Source of the DNA: an uncultured cyanobacterium
Lineage (GTDB): Bacteria; Cyanobacteriota; Cyanobacteriia; PCC-9006; JAAUQQ01
Assembly: GCA_963718615.1 (NCBI GenBank)
Contig: OY970368.1
Span: forward strand, 4,352,001 to 4,416,000
Length of the DNA: 64,000 nucleotides
Direction of reading: 5' to 3'
Shown: piece by piece, positions 8,762 through 18,609 of the stretch
How positions within the stretch are numbered: the stretch's first letter is position 1
Layout of the letters: each line of letters starts with the position of its first letter
Translations under genes and position numbers: made by a program
The notes under the pieces: model-generated
Told to the model about the DNA's origin: nothing
The model's input: only the letters and a program-made list of their open reading frames with translations
Database searches by the model: none

Positions 8762-11700
8762 TTAGGCTCCGGTGCCGGTGAGCGTGAAGGCGGCCCAGTA
8801 GTAGGGATGACCATACCGGATCTGCTCTGGCTCCATTGTATCAAGGTCCCCTTGTTCCTCCTCCAGGAATTCCCGTACGTTTGCCGGGAGGTCGAGGCGG
8901 AGCCATTGGTCGTAGCGGGTTTTGAGCTGGGCGACGGTGAGGCTGGGCAGGGTTTGGCGGCTGTGGTGGAGGGCGGCGACGGGGCCAAGCTGGGGGTGTT
9001 GCTGGAGATGGCGATAGAATTCGACCATGAAGACCATGCTGGCGGCGGATTCCACGGTCCAGATGGTGCTGAGGACGTGGGGAATGCCCTGGGCCAGGAG
9101 GGCGCTGGTGAGGCCGACGTATTCGGCGGTGATGGTTTGGTTGCCGCTGAGGGCGGTTTCGCAACTGGCGAGGGTGATGAGGCTGTAGCTGCGCAGGGAG
9201 ATTTGGCGCAGGTCTTGGACGGTGAGGAGGTCGGTGTTGGCGAGGGCGAGGGCGGATTGTTTGGGGTCGTCAAAGTTGTAGCTGGCGTGGCCGTTGAAGT
9301 GGAGGATTTGGTGGCCCTGGGCGAGGGCGGTTTGGACGGTGGTCTTGTGGGCGTCGGGGGCGGAGATGGGTGTGATGCTGTGGGTGGGGCGAAGGAGGGC
9401 TTGGATCAGGTGGGTTTCGGCTTCGGCGTGGTAAAGCGCGGCCAAGCCTTCATGGTTGGGTGCGCTAATCGTTAAAGCCGTCGGTTGCGGTAGGGACGAA
9501 CAGCGGTTCGTCCGGCTGTTGGTTTCGCCCGGTGCCCCCATGGGTGGACGCAACAGTTGACCCATCTGGAGGCTGGGGAGAACGGTGGTTTGATATTCGG
9601 TAAAGAAGGCGTGGAGGGGCAGGCGGTGGAGGTCGCGGTGGGGAATGAGGGTGAGGTGGGTGATTTCGGGGGGAAGTTGGGTTTTGAGCGCGTCGATTTG
9701 GAGGATTTGGGCCAGTTGGTTCAGTTGGTCCGGTAGGGTGTTGTACCAATCCGATTTTGGGTGCTTGGGCTGGGTTTTGCTTTTGTCAATATGGTTTTTG
9801 TAGCCTTGGTTCCAGGTTTTGAGCCAGGTTTCGAGCTGGGTGATTTGTTGGAGGGCGGTTTGGGGGGTGGGTGGGGTGATGGGGTGGGGGGTGATGGGGT
9901 GGTTGGGCCGCAGGAGGAAGGGGGTGAGGCGGTTGGGGCTATGGTGCCAGTAGAGGATGGCTTGATGGGGTGGCAGTTGCTGATGAATCTGTTGGATTTG
10001 GTCGGGGCTGAGGCTGGGGGCTGGGGCTTCGGCGAGGAGCCAGGTCATGAGGGCGTTTTTGTCGGCTTCGGCGGTGGCGAGGGCGGTGAGGGGGTTGCCT
10101 TGGCGCAGGTGGAAATCGACGGTGAGTTGGTTGAAGTTGGGAAGGGTGCGTTCTAAAAGTTCTTTTTTCTCTTCGGTTATTGCTTGGCTAATGATTTTGT
10201 CGCGTAGCCCGCTGCCTCGGCGGAGAAGAGCCTCAATGGTTTCGATGGGATCGTTGAGTAGCAAATGAGTATGGGCGACTCCCCAGAGAACGGAAAGAAA
10301 ATCTTCTGGGTAGAAATGCTGATCAATATTTTTTTCGGCTTTGTAGTAGCTGCGAAGTGCTTCGCGCCATTCGGGCATAGGGTTGGCTTTGTCCGCATGT
10401 TTAAGGTAAGCATTTCCTAATGCCAGTTGAATTTTGCCAAAACCGTAAGTCTTTTCAGACAAGTGAGGTATGGCCTTTTTCAGAGCTTCAACATGGGATT
10501 TTCGGGGTTGTGGATCGAGGTTTTGTCTGCGAATTTGTTCTAGAAGCGGCAGATTGAGAGGATTACCTAACCGACAAAACGCTGTTCCTCGGTTGAACCA
10601 GGCTTCGTGATTGTCCGGTTTGATTTCGAGCGCTTTGTCGTAGCTGGCGATCGCTTCCTCATAGCGGCCTAAGTTACCGAGTGAATTGCCCCGGTTGTAA
10701 CAGGCTTCGTGATAGTCCGGTTTGATTTCGATGGCTTTGTCGTAGCTGGCGATCGCTTCCTCATAGCGGCCTAATTTATGGAGTGAATTGCCCCGGTTGT
10801 TCCAGGCTTCGTGCAAGTCCGGTTTGATTTCGAGGGCTTTGTCGTAGCTGGCGAGCGCTTCCTCATTTCGGCCTAAGTTACCGAGTGAATTGCCCCGGTT
10901 GTAACAGGCTTCGTGATAGTCCGGTTTGATTTCGATGGCTTTGTCAAAGCTGGCGAGCGCTTCCTCATTTCGGCCTAATTTATGGAGTGAAATGCCCCGG
11001 TTGTTCCAGGCTTCGTGATAGTCCGGTTTGATTTCGACGGCTTTGTCGTAGCTGGCGATCGCTTCCTCATAGCGGCCTAAGTTACCGAGTGAATTGCCCC
11101 GGTTGTAACAGGCTTCGTGAGAGTCGGGTTTGATGGCTAGCGCTTCGTCGTAGCTGGCGATCGCTTCCTCATATCGACCTAAGTCATCGAGTGAATTGCC
11201 CCGGTTGGTCCAGGCTTTGTGAAAATTTGGTTGTAATTCAATTGCTTGCTCGAAGCTCCTTAGCGCATTCTGATGAGCATCCAAAAAAGTAAGACTATCT
11301 CCCTCCGCGCTCCAAAGTCGCCCTATTTGCCTGCAAATTTCTGCTTTTTGTTCATCGGTCTGAACATCATGTAAAAGTTGATTTAGCTGGATAATTTTGG
11401 ATTGCCTTTCCTGTGAGCTAAAAGCACAATAAGAGCTCCACTCCTGATCCCCCAAAATAGTTGTAAGATCAAGATTGTTCTCCATCTCCAGCTTTTCCAC
11501 CTCCGGCTCCGCCGCCCGCACCAACACCCCCGCCACCTGACTCAACCCCTCCAACCCCAACCCCGCCAAAACCCGCAACGCCTCCAACCGCTCCGCCGAA
11601 GCCTCTTCCACCCAAAACCCCGGCAACCCCTCCGCCAACACCGCCCCCTTCACCCCCCGCACCATCAACCACCCCTTCACCCGACCCGCACTCACATCCG

Positions 11701-11833
11701 CCGCCCGCAACTCCACATCCAACAACTCCCGCAGCAACGCCGCACAATCCACCTGCGGCTTCACGACCCGCTGCGCCTCCGCCTCCGCCTCAACCCGCTC
11801 CGTCCGCTTCCCCTTCCCAAACGGCCACACCAT
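8762..11833 (-). CDS. TPR-CHAT (caspase-like) protease
   Basis: Six 34-aa TPRs; CHAT motifs IPHRDLHRLPLHA, LHFNGHA (His), LASCET (Cys), STIWTV, HPYYWAAF; start probably MVWPFGK at 11833 (ORF track 11848). Confidence 0.92.
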   Translation of the reverse strand: MVWPFGKGKRTERVEAEAEAQRVVKPQVDCAALLRELLDVELRAADVSAGRVKGWLMVRGVKGAVLAEGLPGFWVEEASAERLEALRVLAGLGLEGLSQVAGVLVRAAEPEVEKLEMENNLDLTTILGDQEWSSYCAFSSQERQSKIIQLNQLLHDVQTDEQKAEICRQIGRLWSAEGDSLTFLDAHQNALRSFEQAIELQPNFHKAWTNRGNSLDDLGRYEEAIASYDEALAIKPDSHEACYNRGNSLGNLGRYEEAIASYDKAVEIKPDYHEAWNNRGISLHKLGRNEEALASFDKAIEIKPDYHEACYNRGNSLGNLGRNEEALASYDKALEIKPDLHEAWNNRGNSLHKLGRYEEAIASYDKAIEIKPDYHEACYNRGNSLGNLGRYEEAIASYDKALEIKPDNHEAWFNRGTAFCRLGNPLNLPLLEQIRRQNLDPQPRKSHVEALKKAIPHLSEKTYGFGKIQLALGNAYLKHADKANPMPEWREALRSYYKAEKNIDQHFYPEDFLSVLWGVAHTHLLLNDPIETIEALLRRGSGLRDKIISQAITEEKKELLERTLPNFNQLTVDFHLRQGNPLTALATAEADKNALMTWLLAEAPAPSLSPDQIQQIHQQLPPHQAILYWHHSPNRLTPFLLRPNHPITPHPITPPTPQTALQQITQLETWLKTWNQGYKNHIDKSKTQPKHPKSDWYNTLPDQLNQLAQILQIDALKTQLPPEITHLTLIPHRDLHRLPLHAFFTEYQTTVLPSLQMGQLLRPPMGAPGETNSRTNRCSSLPQPTALTISAPNHEGLAALYHAEAETHLIQALLRPTHSITPISAPDAHKTTVQTALAQGHQILHFNGHASYNFDDPKQSALALANTDLLTVQDLRQISLRSYSLITLASCETALSGNQTITAEYVGLTSALLAQGIPHVLSTIWTVESAASMVFMVEFYRHLQQHPQLGPVAALHHSRQTLPSLTVAQLKTRYDQWLRLDLPANVREFLEEEQGDLDTMEPEQIRYGHPYYWAAFTLTGTGA
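9490..9513. repeat. GTAG-type REP arm inside the CHAT coding sequence
   Basis: GTAGGGACGAACAGCGGTTCGTCC, 22/24 identical to the intergenic arm at 48090-48113. Confidence 0.75.
10610..11221 (-). repeat. Six similar 102-bp TPR-coding repeats
   Basis: Alternating HEACYNRGNSLGNL and HEAWNNRGxSLHKL units with near-identical DNA. Confidence 0.85.
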
Positions 11834-11943
11834 CGCCCCATCTCCCACAAATACCTCCCCGCATTCTCCCAGAGATCCCCCAGCCCATCCGCGTATTTTT
11901 AATAACCTTCAAGAAACCTAAACATTTCGCCAACCCAAGCCCC
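11756..11943 (-). repeat. Copy A of TPR-CHAT upstream region and 5' end
   Basis: Homologous to 12461-12641 and 13465-13536. Confidence 0.9.
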
Positions 11944-11947
11944 TGCA

Positions 11948-12011
11948 AGACACCGGGTGTTTGTCTCAAATACCCGCCTCACTTTCCAGAATCGGAAAAC
12001 ACCCGGTGTCT
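11948..12011. repeat. 64-bp REP/MITE-like inverted-repeat element
   Basis: 15-bp perfect IR AGACACCGGGTGTTT/AAACACCCGGTGTCT; related element at 23532-23595. Confidence 0.8.
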
Positions 12012-12070
12012 GTGGTAGTCTAGTGAGTCGGTTATGAACCATAACAGGGCGTGGGTGTCGAGAAGTACTT

Positions 12071-12313
12071 TCATTCCATGTACTCCCGAAAATCGTCGAG
12101 CGGGGCATTAAAGTCGGGGAGGATGCGGATGAGTCCTCGGGCAGAACCAGGTATGCGACGCTCTTGCGAGGCGGGTTTTAGTTCATGTCCGATCGCGTCG
12201 GTTAGTTGGAGGGCTTGGATGTTGAGGAGGAAGTCAATAAAGTCGAGGACGAGTTTGGCGAGGGGATCGGGGAGTTGGCGGAGTTTGGCGATCGCGGTTT
12301 CGTGGGTGTTCAT
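12071..12313 (-). CDS. DUF2281-type antitoxin-like protein (no adjacent toxin)
   Basis: LRQLPDPLAKLVLDFIDFL and RIPGSARGLIRILPDFNAPLDDFREYM, typical of this antitoxin class. Confidence 0.8.
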   Translation of the reverse strand: MNTHETAIAKLRQLPDPLAKLVLDFIDFLLNIQALQLTDAIGHELKPASQERRIPGSARGLIRILPDFNAPLDDFREYME

Positions 12314-12460
12314 CGGTCTGTATGGATTGAGTTTGGAGTGCTCTCTATTTTAGCGTTTATCCCTCGGGGGCTAGAAGCTTCTAGAAGCGGGGGTCTGGGC
12401 GCAGGCTGTCGAAGCCTCAGGCCCAGAAGCACCAATTCTTTGTTGCTCAGGCATCTCATC

Positions 12461-12641
12461 CGGTTCACCCCCCGCTGCGCCGCCGCCCCCGCCTCAACCC
12501 GCTCCTCCCGCTTCCCAAACGGCCACACCATCGCCCCAGCCCCCACAAATACCTCCCCGCATTCTCCCAGAGATTCCCCAGCCCGTCCGCGTATTTTCAA
12601 TAACCTTCAAGAAACCTAAACATTTCGCCAACCCAGACCCC
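12461..12641 (-). repeat. Copy B of TPR-CHAT upstream region plus first ~24 codons
   Basis: Encodes MVWPFGKREERVEAGAAAQR, versus MVWPFGKGKRTERVEAEAEAQR in copy A. Confidence 0.9.
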
Positions 12642-12770
12642 GAAAACACCCCGCGTCTCAACCCAAACACCCATCCCCGTACGGACGGGTTTAGCCCAAA
12701 TCTCCAGCCTCCCATCCAATCAAAACCCGCCAAAACCCGCCTCGCCCCCAGCCATGCTAGCCTTAGCTCA

Positions 12771-13055
12771 ATGGCCCTTCCCACACCACAGCCCATGACC
12801 GCCAAAGATCGACTCCTCCAAGAACTTGACCAAACCCCAGACTTCCTCATCGAAGAAGTCCTTCACTTTCTTCTCTTCCTCAAAAATCGCCTCTTCAACC
12901 GCCTCCCACAACCCAACACGCCTAAAGAAGAAAGCCTCCTCAATTGGGTCGATAGCTTAACCACCCAAGTCCCAGAAACCGCTTGGCAACAAGTCCCCAC
13001 CGACCTCGCCCAAAACCTCGATCACTATCTCTACGGCTCCCCCAAAGAATCGTGA
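12771..13055 (+). CDS. Type II antitoxin (DUF2281-like)
   Basis: LLQELDQTPDFLIEEVLHFLLFLK; PTDLAQNLDHYLYG; stop overlaps PIN start (GTGA). Confidence 0.8.
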   Translation: MALPTPQPMTAKDRLLQELDQTPDFLIEEVLHFLLFLKNRLFNRLPQPNTPKEESLLNWVDSLTTQVPETAWQQVPTDLAQNLDHYLYGSPKES

Positions 13056-13462
13056 AAACCGTTTTTGCAGATACCGGCTACTGGATTGCTATCCTCAACC
13101 CCACAGATAGCCTTCACGAGCGAGCCCGCCAGGTAACCCAACAATTAGGAGCCGTCAAAATTATCACCAGCGAGATGGTTTTAACAGAACTCCTCAATGC
13201 CTTTTCCAGCAAGGGCAATCGACTACGTTCTCTTGCCGCCAACTTTGTCACACAAGCGATTACTCGTTCAGACATAGAAGTCATCGCAAAGTCTTCGGAG
13301 TTGTTTCAGCAGTCTTTGTTCCTCTACACACAACGACCAGATCAAGACTGGAGTCAAACCGACTGCGCCTCATTTGTACTGATGCAACAAAACGGCATTA
13401 CAGAAGCACTCGCCTACGACAAACATTTCGAGCAGGCTGGATTCATTGCACTTTTACGCTAA
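13052..13462 (+). CDS. vapC: VapC/PIN-domain toxin
   Basis: GTG start 13052; VFADTGYWIA, SEMVLTE, SQTDCASF, AYDKHFEQAGF. Confidence 0.9.
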   Translation: MKTVFADTGYWIAILNPTDSLHERARQVTQQLGAVKIITSEMVLTELLNAFSSKGNRLRSLAANFVTQAITRSDIEVIAKSSELFQQSLFLYTQRPDQDWSQTDCASFVLMQQNGITEALAYDKHFEQAGFIALLR

Positions 13463-13464
13463 AA

Positions 13465-13536
13465 CATCGCCCCATCTCCCACAAATACCTCCCCGCATTC
13501 TCCCAGAGATCCCCCAGCCCGTCCGCGTATTTTCAA
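13465..13536 (-). repeat. Copy C (72 bp) of TPR-CHAT upstream leader, ending at the ATG
   Basis: CATCGCCCCATCTCCCACAAATACCTCCCCGCATTCTCCCAGAGATCCCCCAGCCC.. matches the sequence from 11831. Confidence 0.9.
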
Positions 13537-13765
13537 CCACTCGGAAAACAATTTACATTTTAAGTAAAGAGACAATGAACAGAGTACGATTCCGTTCTTT
13601 CTTCCTTCAAGGTAAGGAATCCAGAGTCAGCCTTCAGGGTGTGACGATTGCCTAATAGGGGCTCACTAGGCCGCTAGGCAAGCCTAAAGCCGCGATCGCC
13701 CCAAAACTGTTACAGTGAAGTCAAAATTTTCAAATCTTCGTAACAGTCCTTCGCAGCTCTCCACC

Positions 13766-14983
13766 ATGGTTTCGGCCCCCCTCTCCCTCCAAACCTCCCC
13801 CATTCGCCCCGCGATCCAAGCCCTCCAAGAGGATCTCGTTATCTGGCGGCGGCATCTGCACCAGTACCCAGAGCTAGGGTTCCAGGAAGAGCAAACCGCC
13901 CAGTTCATCGCCGAAAAACTCACCACCTGGGGCATTGAACATCAGACCGGCATTGCAGAAACCGGCATTGTCGCCCTCATTCCCGGCAACGCCCCTGGAC
14001 CCGTTCTCGCCATTCGCGCAGATATCGACGCGCTGCCCGTGCAAGAGCAAAATGAGGTGCCCTATCGATCGCGCCACACCGGCAAAATGCATGCCTGCGG
14101 TCATGATGGCCATACGGCGATCGCCCTCGGTCTCGCCCGCTATCTCAGCCAGTACAGCGACTTCCCAGGCACCGTCAAAATCATCTTCCAACCCGCAGAA
14201 GAAGGCCCCGGCGGCGCAAAACCCATGGTCAAAGCCGGAGTGCTCAAAAACCCCGATGTAGATGCGATTATTGGCCTACACCTTTGGAATAACTTGCCCC
14301 TAGGCACCGTAGGCGTGCGCAGTGGCCCGATGATGGCAGCGGTAGAACTATTTGACTGCATCATCGAAGGCAAGGGCGGCCATGGCGCAATGCCCCATCA
14401 AACCGTAGATTCCATTGTCGTCGGTTCGCAAATTGTCACTGCATTGCAAAGCATTGTGGCCCGCAATGTCGATCCGATTGATTCAGCGGTTATAACCGTA
14501 GGGTCATTCCATTCCGGTACAACCCACAATGTGATTGCAGATAAGGCAACCCTAACGGGGACAACACGCTATTTCAATCGTCGGTACGAAGGCTTTTTGC
14601 AGGACCGGATCGAGGCCATTATTAAGGGCATTTGTGAAATGCATGGGGCAAAGTATAGCCTCAACTATTGGCAACTGTATCCCCCGGTCATTAATCATCC
14701 TAAAATTGCAGAATTGGTGCGATCGATCGCTGAATCAGTCGTCGAAACCCCGGCGGGTGTCGTACCGGAATGTCAGACCATGGGCGGTGAAGATATGTCA
14801 TTCTTTTTGCAAGAGGTACCGGGTTGCTATTTTTTCCTGGGCACAGCCAATCTCAGCAAAGGTTTGTCCTATCCCCACCATCATCCTCGGTTTGACTTTG
14901 ATGAAACGGCCTTGGGCATGGGAGTGGAGATCTTCGCTCGCTGTGTGGAGAAGTTTTGTCAGCAACCAGCGTCAAACCTTTGA
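13766..14983 (+). CDS. M20D amidohydrolase (N-acyl-amino acid amidohydrolase-like)
   Basis: RRHLHQYPELGFQE, RADIDALP, MHACGHDGH, FQPAEEG, GGEDMS, HHHPRFDFDE; start probably 13766. Confidence 0.93.
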   Translation: MVSAPLSLQTSPIRPAIQALQEDLVIWRRHLHQYPELGFQEEQTAQFIAEKLTTWGIEHQTGIAETGIVALIPGNAPGPVLAIRADIDALPVQEQNEVPYRSRHTGKMHACGHDGHTAIALGLARYLSQYSDFPGTVKIIFQPAEEGPGGAKPMVKAGVLKNPDVDAIIGLHLWNNLPLGTVGVRSGPMMAAVELFDCIIEGKGGHGAMPHQTVDSIVVGSQIVTALQSIVARNVDPIDSAVITVGSFHSGTTHNVIADKATLTGTTRYFNRRYEGFLQDRIEAIIKGICEMHGAKYSLNYWQLYPPVINHPKIAELVRSIAESVVETPAGVVPECQTMGGEDMSFFLQEVPGCYFFLGTANLSKGLSYPHHHPRFDFDETALGMGVEIFARCVEKFCQQPASNL

Positions 14984-15015
14984 ATGTCAGAACCTTGAGG
15001 GAGCTACAGTTCTTT

Positions 15016-15774
15016 TCAGGCAGCATCCTGCTTGAGTAGTCCAATTACAGCTTTGCGATAGCAATCGAAGCGAGGATCTTGCCGAATACTAGGAGGGCGG
15101 GAATTGCCGAGGTCGATCGCAAACTCAGCCTGGACCTTGCCGGGATGGGACGTCAAGACATAAAGCCGTTGCGATAGGATGATGGCCTCATCAATGTCGT
15201 GGGTAATCATCAAAATGCTGATGCCCGTTTGTTGCCAAAGCTCCCGCATAAACTGCTGCATGGTTTCCTTGGTTTGTACATCCAGGGCACCGAAGGGTTC
15301 ATCCATGAGCAAGATTTTGGGTTGGCTGGTGAGGGCGCGGGCGATCGCCACCCGTTGTTTCATCCCCCCAGACAGTTGCTTCGGCAAGGATTGAGCAAAA
15401 TCCGTCAGCCCCACCATATTCAAATAATAAGACGCACATTCGCGGCGGGTCCTGGGATCAACCCCTTGAAGTTTGAGGCCAAATTCAACATTTCTCTGGA
15501 TCGTCATCCAAGGGTAGAGGGTGTAGTCCTGAAATACCATACCGCGATCGGCACCGGGTCCTGTGATGATTTCATCGTCCACTTGCAAACTTCCCCGAGT
15601 GGGGAGTTCAAGGCCCGCCACGAGACGAAGAAGCGTCGATTTACCCGAACCGGAAGCTCCCACGACACAAACAAATTCCCCCTGTTCGACATGAAGGTTA
15701 ATGTTCTCCAGGGCTGTAATTGAACCTTCTGGCGTCGGGAACTGCTTCGTCAAATTACAAACTTCGAGATGCAT
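15016..15774 (-). CDS. ABC transporter ATPase (NitT/TauT type), guanidine operon
   Basis: GASGSGKS, LSGGMKQR, LLMDEPF, ITHD. Confidence 0.93.
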   Translation of the reverse strand: MHLEVCNLTKQFPTPEGSITALENINLHVEQGEFVCVVGASGSGKSTLLRLVAGLELPTRGSLQVDDEIITGPGADRGMVFQDYTLYPWMTIQRNVEFGLKLQGVDPRTRRECASYYLNMVGLTDFAQSLPKQLSGGMKQRVAIARALTSQPKILLMDEPFGALDVQTKETMQQFMRELWQQTGISILMITHDIDEAIILSQRLYVLTSHPGKVQAEFAIDLGNSRPPSIRQDPRFDCYRKAVIGLLKQDAA

Positions 15775-15847
15775 GGAGAAACGGCTTGGAGAATGTCGGA
15801 AACAGCAAGGGAAAGGATGGATCTAAATCCTGAAACCAAGGGTTTTG

Positions 15848-16735
15848 TTAAGCATCAAGGGACCAGCGACAAGTGGCTTTTAGCAACCCTTTGAGGGAGA
15901 GATCAATGGCAAAACCAATTAGACCCAGGACAATCAGATAGGCAAAGATTTCGTCCGTGCGGAAAAACTTTTGGGCGATCGCAATCCGCTTCCCCAAGCC
16001 CTCATTGGCTGCAATCAATTCTGCCACAACTACCAAATTCCAAGCGGCTGCCATGTTGATCCGAAAAGCATCTAAAATATTGGGAAAAACGTAGGGGGCA
16101 ATCACCTGAGATAGGGTTTGCCAACGGGAACCACCGAGGGTGTAAGTTGTTTCTAACAGGTGCTTTGGCACAAACTTGACCGCATCCATAATCATCAGCG
16201 TGTTGAAGAAGATTACGCCGATAAAAATGAGGGCAATTTTAGGGGATTCGTCGAGTCCTAAATAAATGATTAATAGGGGAATGAAGGCGGGAGCAGGCAT
16301 GTAGCGGACAATGCCGATGATGGGTTCTAGGAGCGATCGCACCGTCGCAAAGGCTCCCATGCAAATGCCTACCGGAATAGAAATGATTGCCGCAATCAAA
16401 AAGCCAAGTCCTACCCGACTGATACTGGCCGTTGCATCTTCAACAAATAGCCCCTGTTCGATCAATTTCTGCAAGGCTTCTAGCACCATCAAGGGAGAGG
16501 GCAGAAACTTGGGATTAACCCAGCCCGTTTGGGTCACTAACTCCCAAAGTCCCAAGGGAAGCAGCACCGACAAAACCCGCAGTCCCCAATCAAGTTTGGG
16601 GGGAAGTTCTGAACTCAATTGCCAAAACTGATTGGGCTTAAACCGTTTCCGAGGCGGTAAATCGAGGGACGCAAAATGGGTTGGGGTTTGGAGTTGTGCA
16701 GTCATTGGAGTTGTGGATGGAGTGAAGTTATACAA
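15848..16735 (-). CDS. ABC transporter permease (NitT/TauT type), guanidine operon
   Basis: FLPSP, RYMPAPAFIPL, AWNLVVVAEL motifs; multi-TM. Confidence 0.92.
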   Translation of the reverse strand: MYNFTPSTTPMTAQLQTPTHFASLDLPPRKRFKPNQFWQLSSELPPKLDWGLRVLSVLLPLGLWELVTQTGWVNPKFLPSPLMVLEALQKLIEQGLFVEDATASISRVGLGFLIAAIISIPVGICMGAFATVRSLLEPIIGIVRYMPAPAFIPLLIIYLGLDESPKIALIFIGVIFFNTLMIMDAVKFVPKHLLETTYTLGGSRWQTLSQVIAPYVFPNILDAFRINMAAAWNLVVVAELIAANEGLGKRIAIAQKFFRTDEIFAYLIVLGLIGFAIDLSLKGLLKATCRWSLDA

Positions 16736-16813
16736 ACTGAATGGCGATAACTGATGGCGATAACTGATAGCTACAATACAATGGCGAACATTTCTACGAT
16801 GTTCTACTGTTTA

Positions 16814-17851
16814 CTACTTTGTAGCAGCATAGGCCTTGACGAATTGATCATCGAGCAGGGGCTCAAGGGGTGGGGCAGATGGAATAAATTTAACGCTTAC
16901 CATGAAGTCTGCCATTTGTTTCGCTGCATAGGGCATATATTCCATACCTTCGCCCTGACTAAAGGCCTTGAGATTGTCTTCAATCGAGAACATTTTGGTT
17001 CCCTGCTTCAACGACTGCAATTCCTCAACCGTAATACCCGCCCGTTTAGCCATGATTTCGTCAGATTTTGCCGGATTGGCTGCCATAAATTCAAGGGTAT
17101 CAAACCAGGTTTTGACGATCGCCTGCACCTCATCCGGACGCTCATCAATCAGTTTTTGGCTCACTACGAGCAGATCCGGAATGGCTCCCGGATAGTCCGC
17201 TGAGCTCAACAGCTCCTTACTCCCCTCCCGTTCCAGCGCCGTCAGCCAAAAGGGTGGAAAAGCACCCACGGCATCTGCTTGCCCTGCGGCAAAAGCCGCT
17301 GCGGCTGCTCCCGTTTCTAAGGGAACAATCTCAATGTCTTCGCGACTCATGCCTGCATCTTTGAGGGCGAGCGTCAGTAGAAAATCATCCACCACGCCTT
17401 CTTCGATCGCCACTTTCTTCCCTTTCAAATCCTGAATTGAGTTGATCTCTTTGGAAACAATAATCTTGTCATTGCCCGCTGAGTTATCGTTGACGAGAAC
17501 CGCCACTTGGCCGTTTACAGAATCAGCCGCAAAGGAAATTGTGTCATTCAGCGTCTGGGTATTGCCATCGAGCTGTCCGGCGGCAAAGGCTTCCATGGAT
17601 TGGATATAGCCATCGAACCAGCGCATTTCCACATTGACATTGTTGGTCTTGAACAACCCTTCTTGTTCGGCGATCGCCCAAGGCCACCAACCGGGCCAAT
17701 TACTATAGCCAATCACAATCGGTTTAGTTGCGGATGTTGTATCACTTGAGTTGTTGCCCGCCGTATCAGGACTAGAAGCGCTACAACTAACGGTCAGAAG
17801 AACCGTGCAGAAAAAAACAAGGCAAAGGGAAAGTAAGTTTCTTCGTTTCAT
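16814..17851 (-). CDS. ABC substrate-binding lipoprotein, probably guanidine
   Basis: Start MKRRN at 17851 overlapping the hypB-like stop; lipobox TVSC; [18 protein letters not shown]. Confidence 0.88.
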   Translation of the reverse strand: MKRRNLLSLCLVFFCTVLLTVSCSASSPDTAGNNSSDTTSATKPIVIGYSNWPGWWPWAIAEQEGLFKTNNVNVEMRWFDGYIQSMEAFAAGQLDGNTQTLNDTISFAADSVNGQVAVLVNDNSAGNDKIIVSKEINSIQDLKGKKVAIEEGVVDDFLLTLALKDAGMSREDIEIVPLETGAAAAAFAAGQADAVGAFPPFWLTALEREGSKELLSSADYPGAIPDLLVVSQKLIDERPDEVQAIVKTWFDTLEFMAANPAKSDEIMAKRAGITVEELQSLKQGTKMFSIEDNLKAFSQGEGMEYMPYAAKQMADFMVSVKFIPSAPPLEPLLDDQFVKAYAATK

Positions 17852-18576
17852 GGTTTCAATGGCAATGAACACACAGATCGTAAAGTTGATGCGCCGATTC
17901 GCAGTGGGGCGATCGCCCGCACCCAATCCAGCCACGCTTCAAACCCTTCACCCGTCTTGGCAGACAGCAGAATGATCGTCGCCTGGGTATTGATTTGGCG
18001 AATATTGTGGATAATCGTTTCGAGGTTCACATCCAAATAGGGAACCAAATCGGTTTTGGTAATCAGCAAACAATCTGCCTCGCGAAACATAATCGGATAT
18101 TTCAGCGGTTTGTCTTCCCCTTCGGTGATGCTAAGCAGCGCCACCTTGGCATGTTCTCCCACTTCAAATTCTGCGGGACAAACCAAGTTTCCGACGTTCT
18201 CTACGAATACGAGATCGAGTGATTGGGGCTCTTGCTCTTGCTCCAGTTGGATCATGCCACCTGCCACCATTTTGGCATCGAGATGACAAGCCCTGCCGGT
18301 GTTGATGGCGATCACTGGAGCTCCAGTTTGGCGCAGGCGCTCCGCATCCAGTTGCGTGGTCATATCCCCTTCAATCACCGCCATGTTGAGTTCTGGGGCA
18401 AGTCGGGCTAGGGTACGCTCCAATAGTTGCGTTTTGCCTGCGCCGGGGCTGCTCATTAGGTTAAGACAGATGACACCCCAATGGTCGAAGCGATCGCGAT
18501 TATCATCGGCAAGGTGTTGATTGGCGTGAAGCAAATTGATTTCTAGGGCCGCGTCCATGGTTTGGTGCATATCCAA
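17848..18576 (-). CDS. ghaB: HypB-like Ni-insertion GTPase (guanidine hydrolase accessory)
   Basis: [34 protein letters not shown]; downstream of gdmH. Confidence 0.9.
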   Translation of the reverse strand: MDMHQTMDAALEINLLHANQHLADDNRDRFDHWGVICLNLMSSPGAGKTQLLERTLARLAPELNMAVIEGDMTTQLDAERLRQTGAPVIAINTGRACHLDAKMVAGGMIQLEQEQEPQSLDLVFVENVGNLVCPAEFEVGEHAKVALLSITEGEDKPLKYPIMFREADCLLITKTDLVPYLDVNLETIIHNIRQINTQATIILLSAKTGEGFEAWLDWVRAIAPLRIGASTLRSVCSLPLKP

Positions 18577-18609
18577 CCTCTGTTTTAATAAAGGGTTCTA
18601 AAAAGAGTT

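Noticed and set aside
8465-9475. 336-aa plus-strand ORF and similar long antisense ORFs (24648-25706, 34449-35420, 42554-43345)
   Set aside because: Shadows of well-supported opposite-strand genes with biased codon usage; no motifs
10610-11221. Diversity-generating retroelement template/variable repeats
   Set aside because: Repeats are ordinary in-frame TPR units, differences are not adenine-specific, and no reverse transcriptase is present
12310-12600. 96-aa ORF resembling the TPR-CHAT N-terminus
   Set aside because: Product of the duplicated leader; similarity ends after about 24 codons
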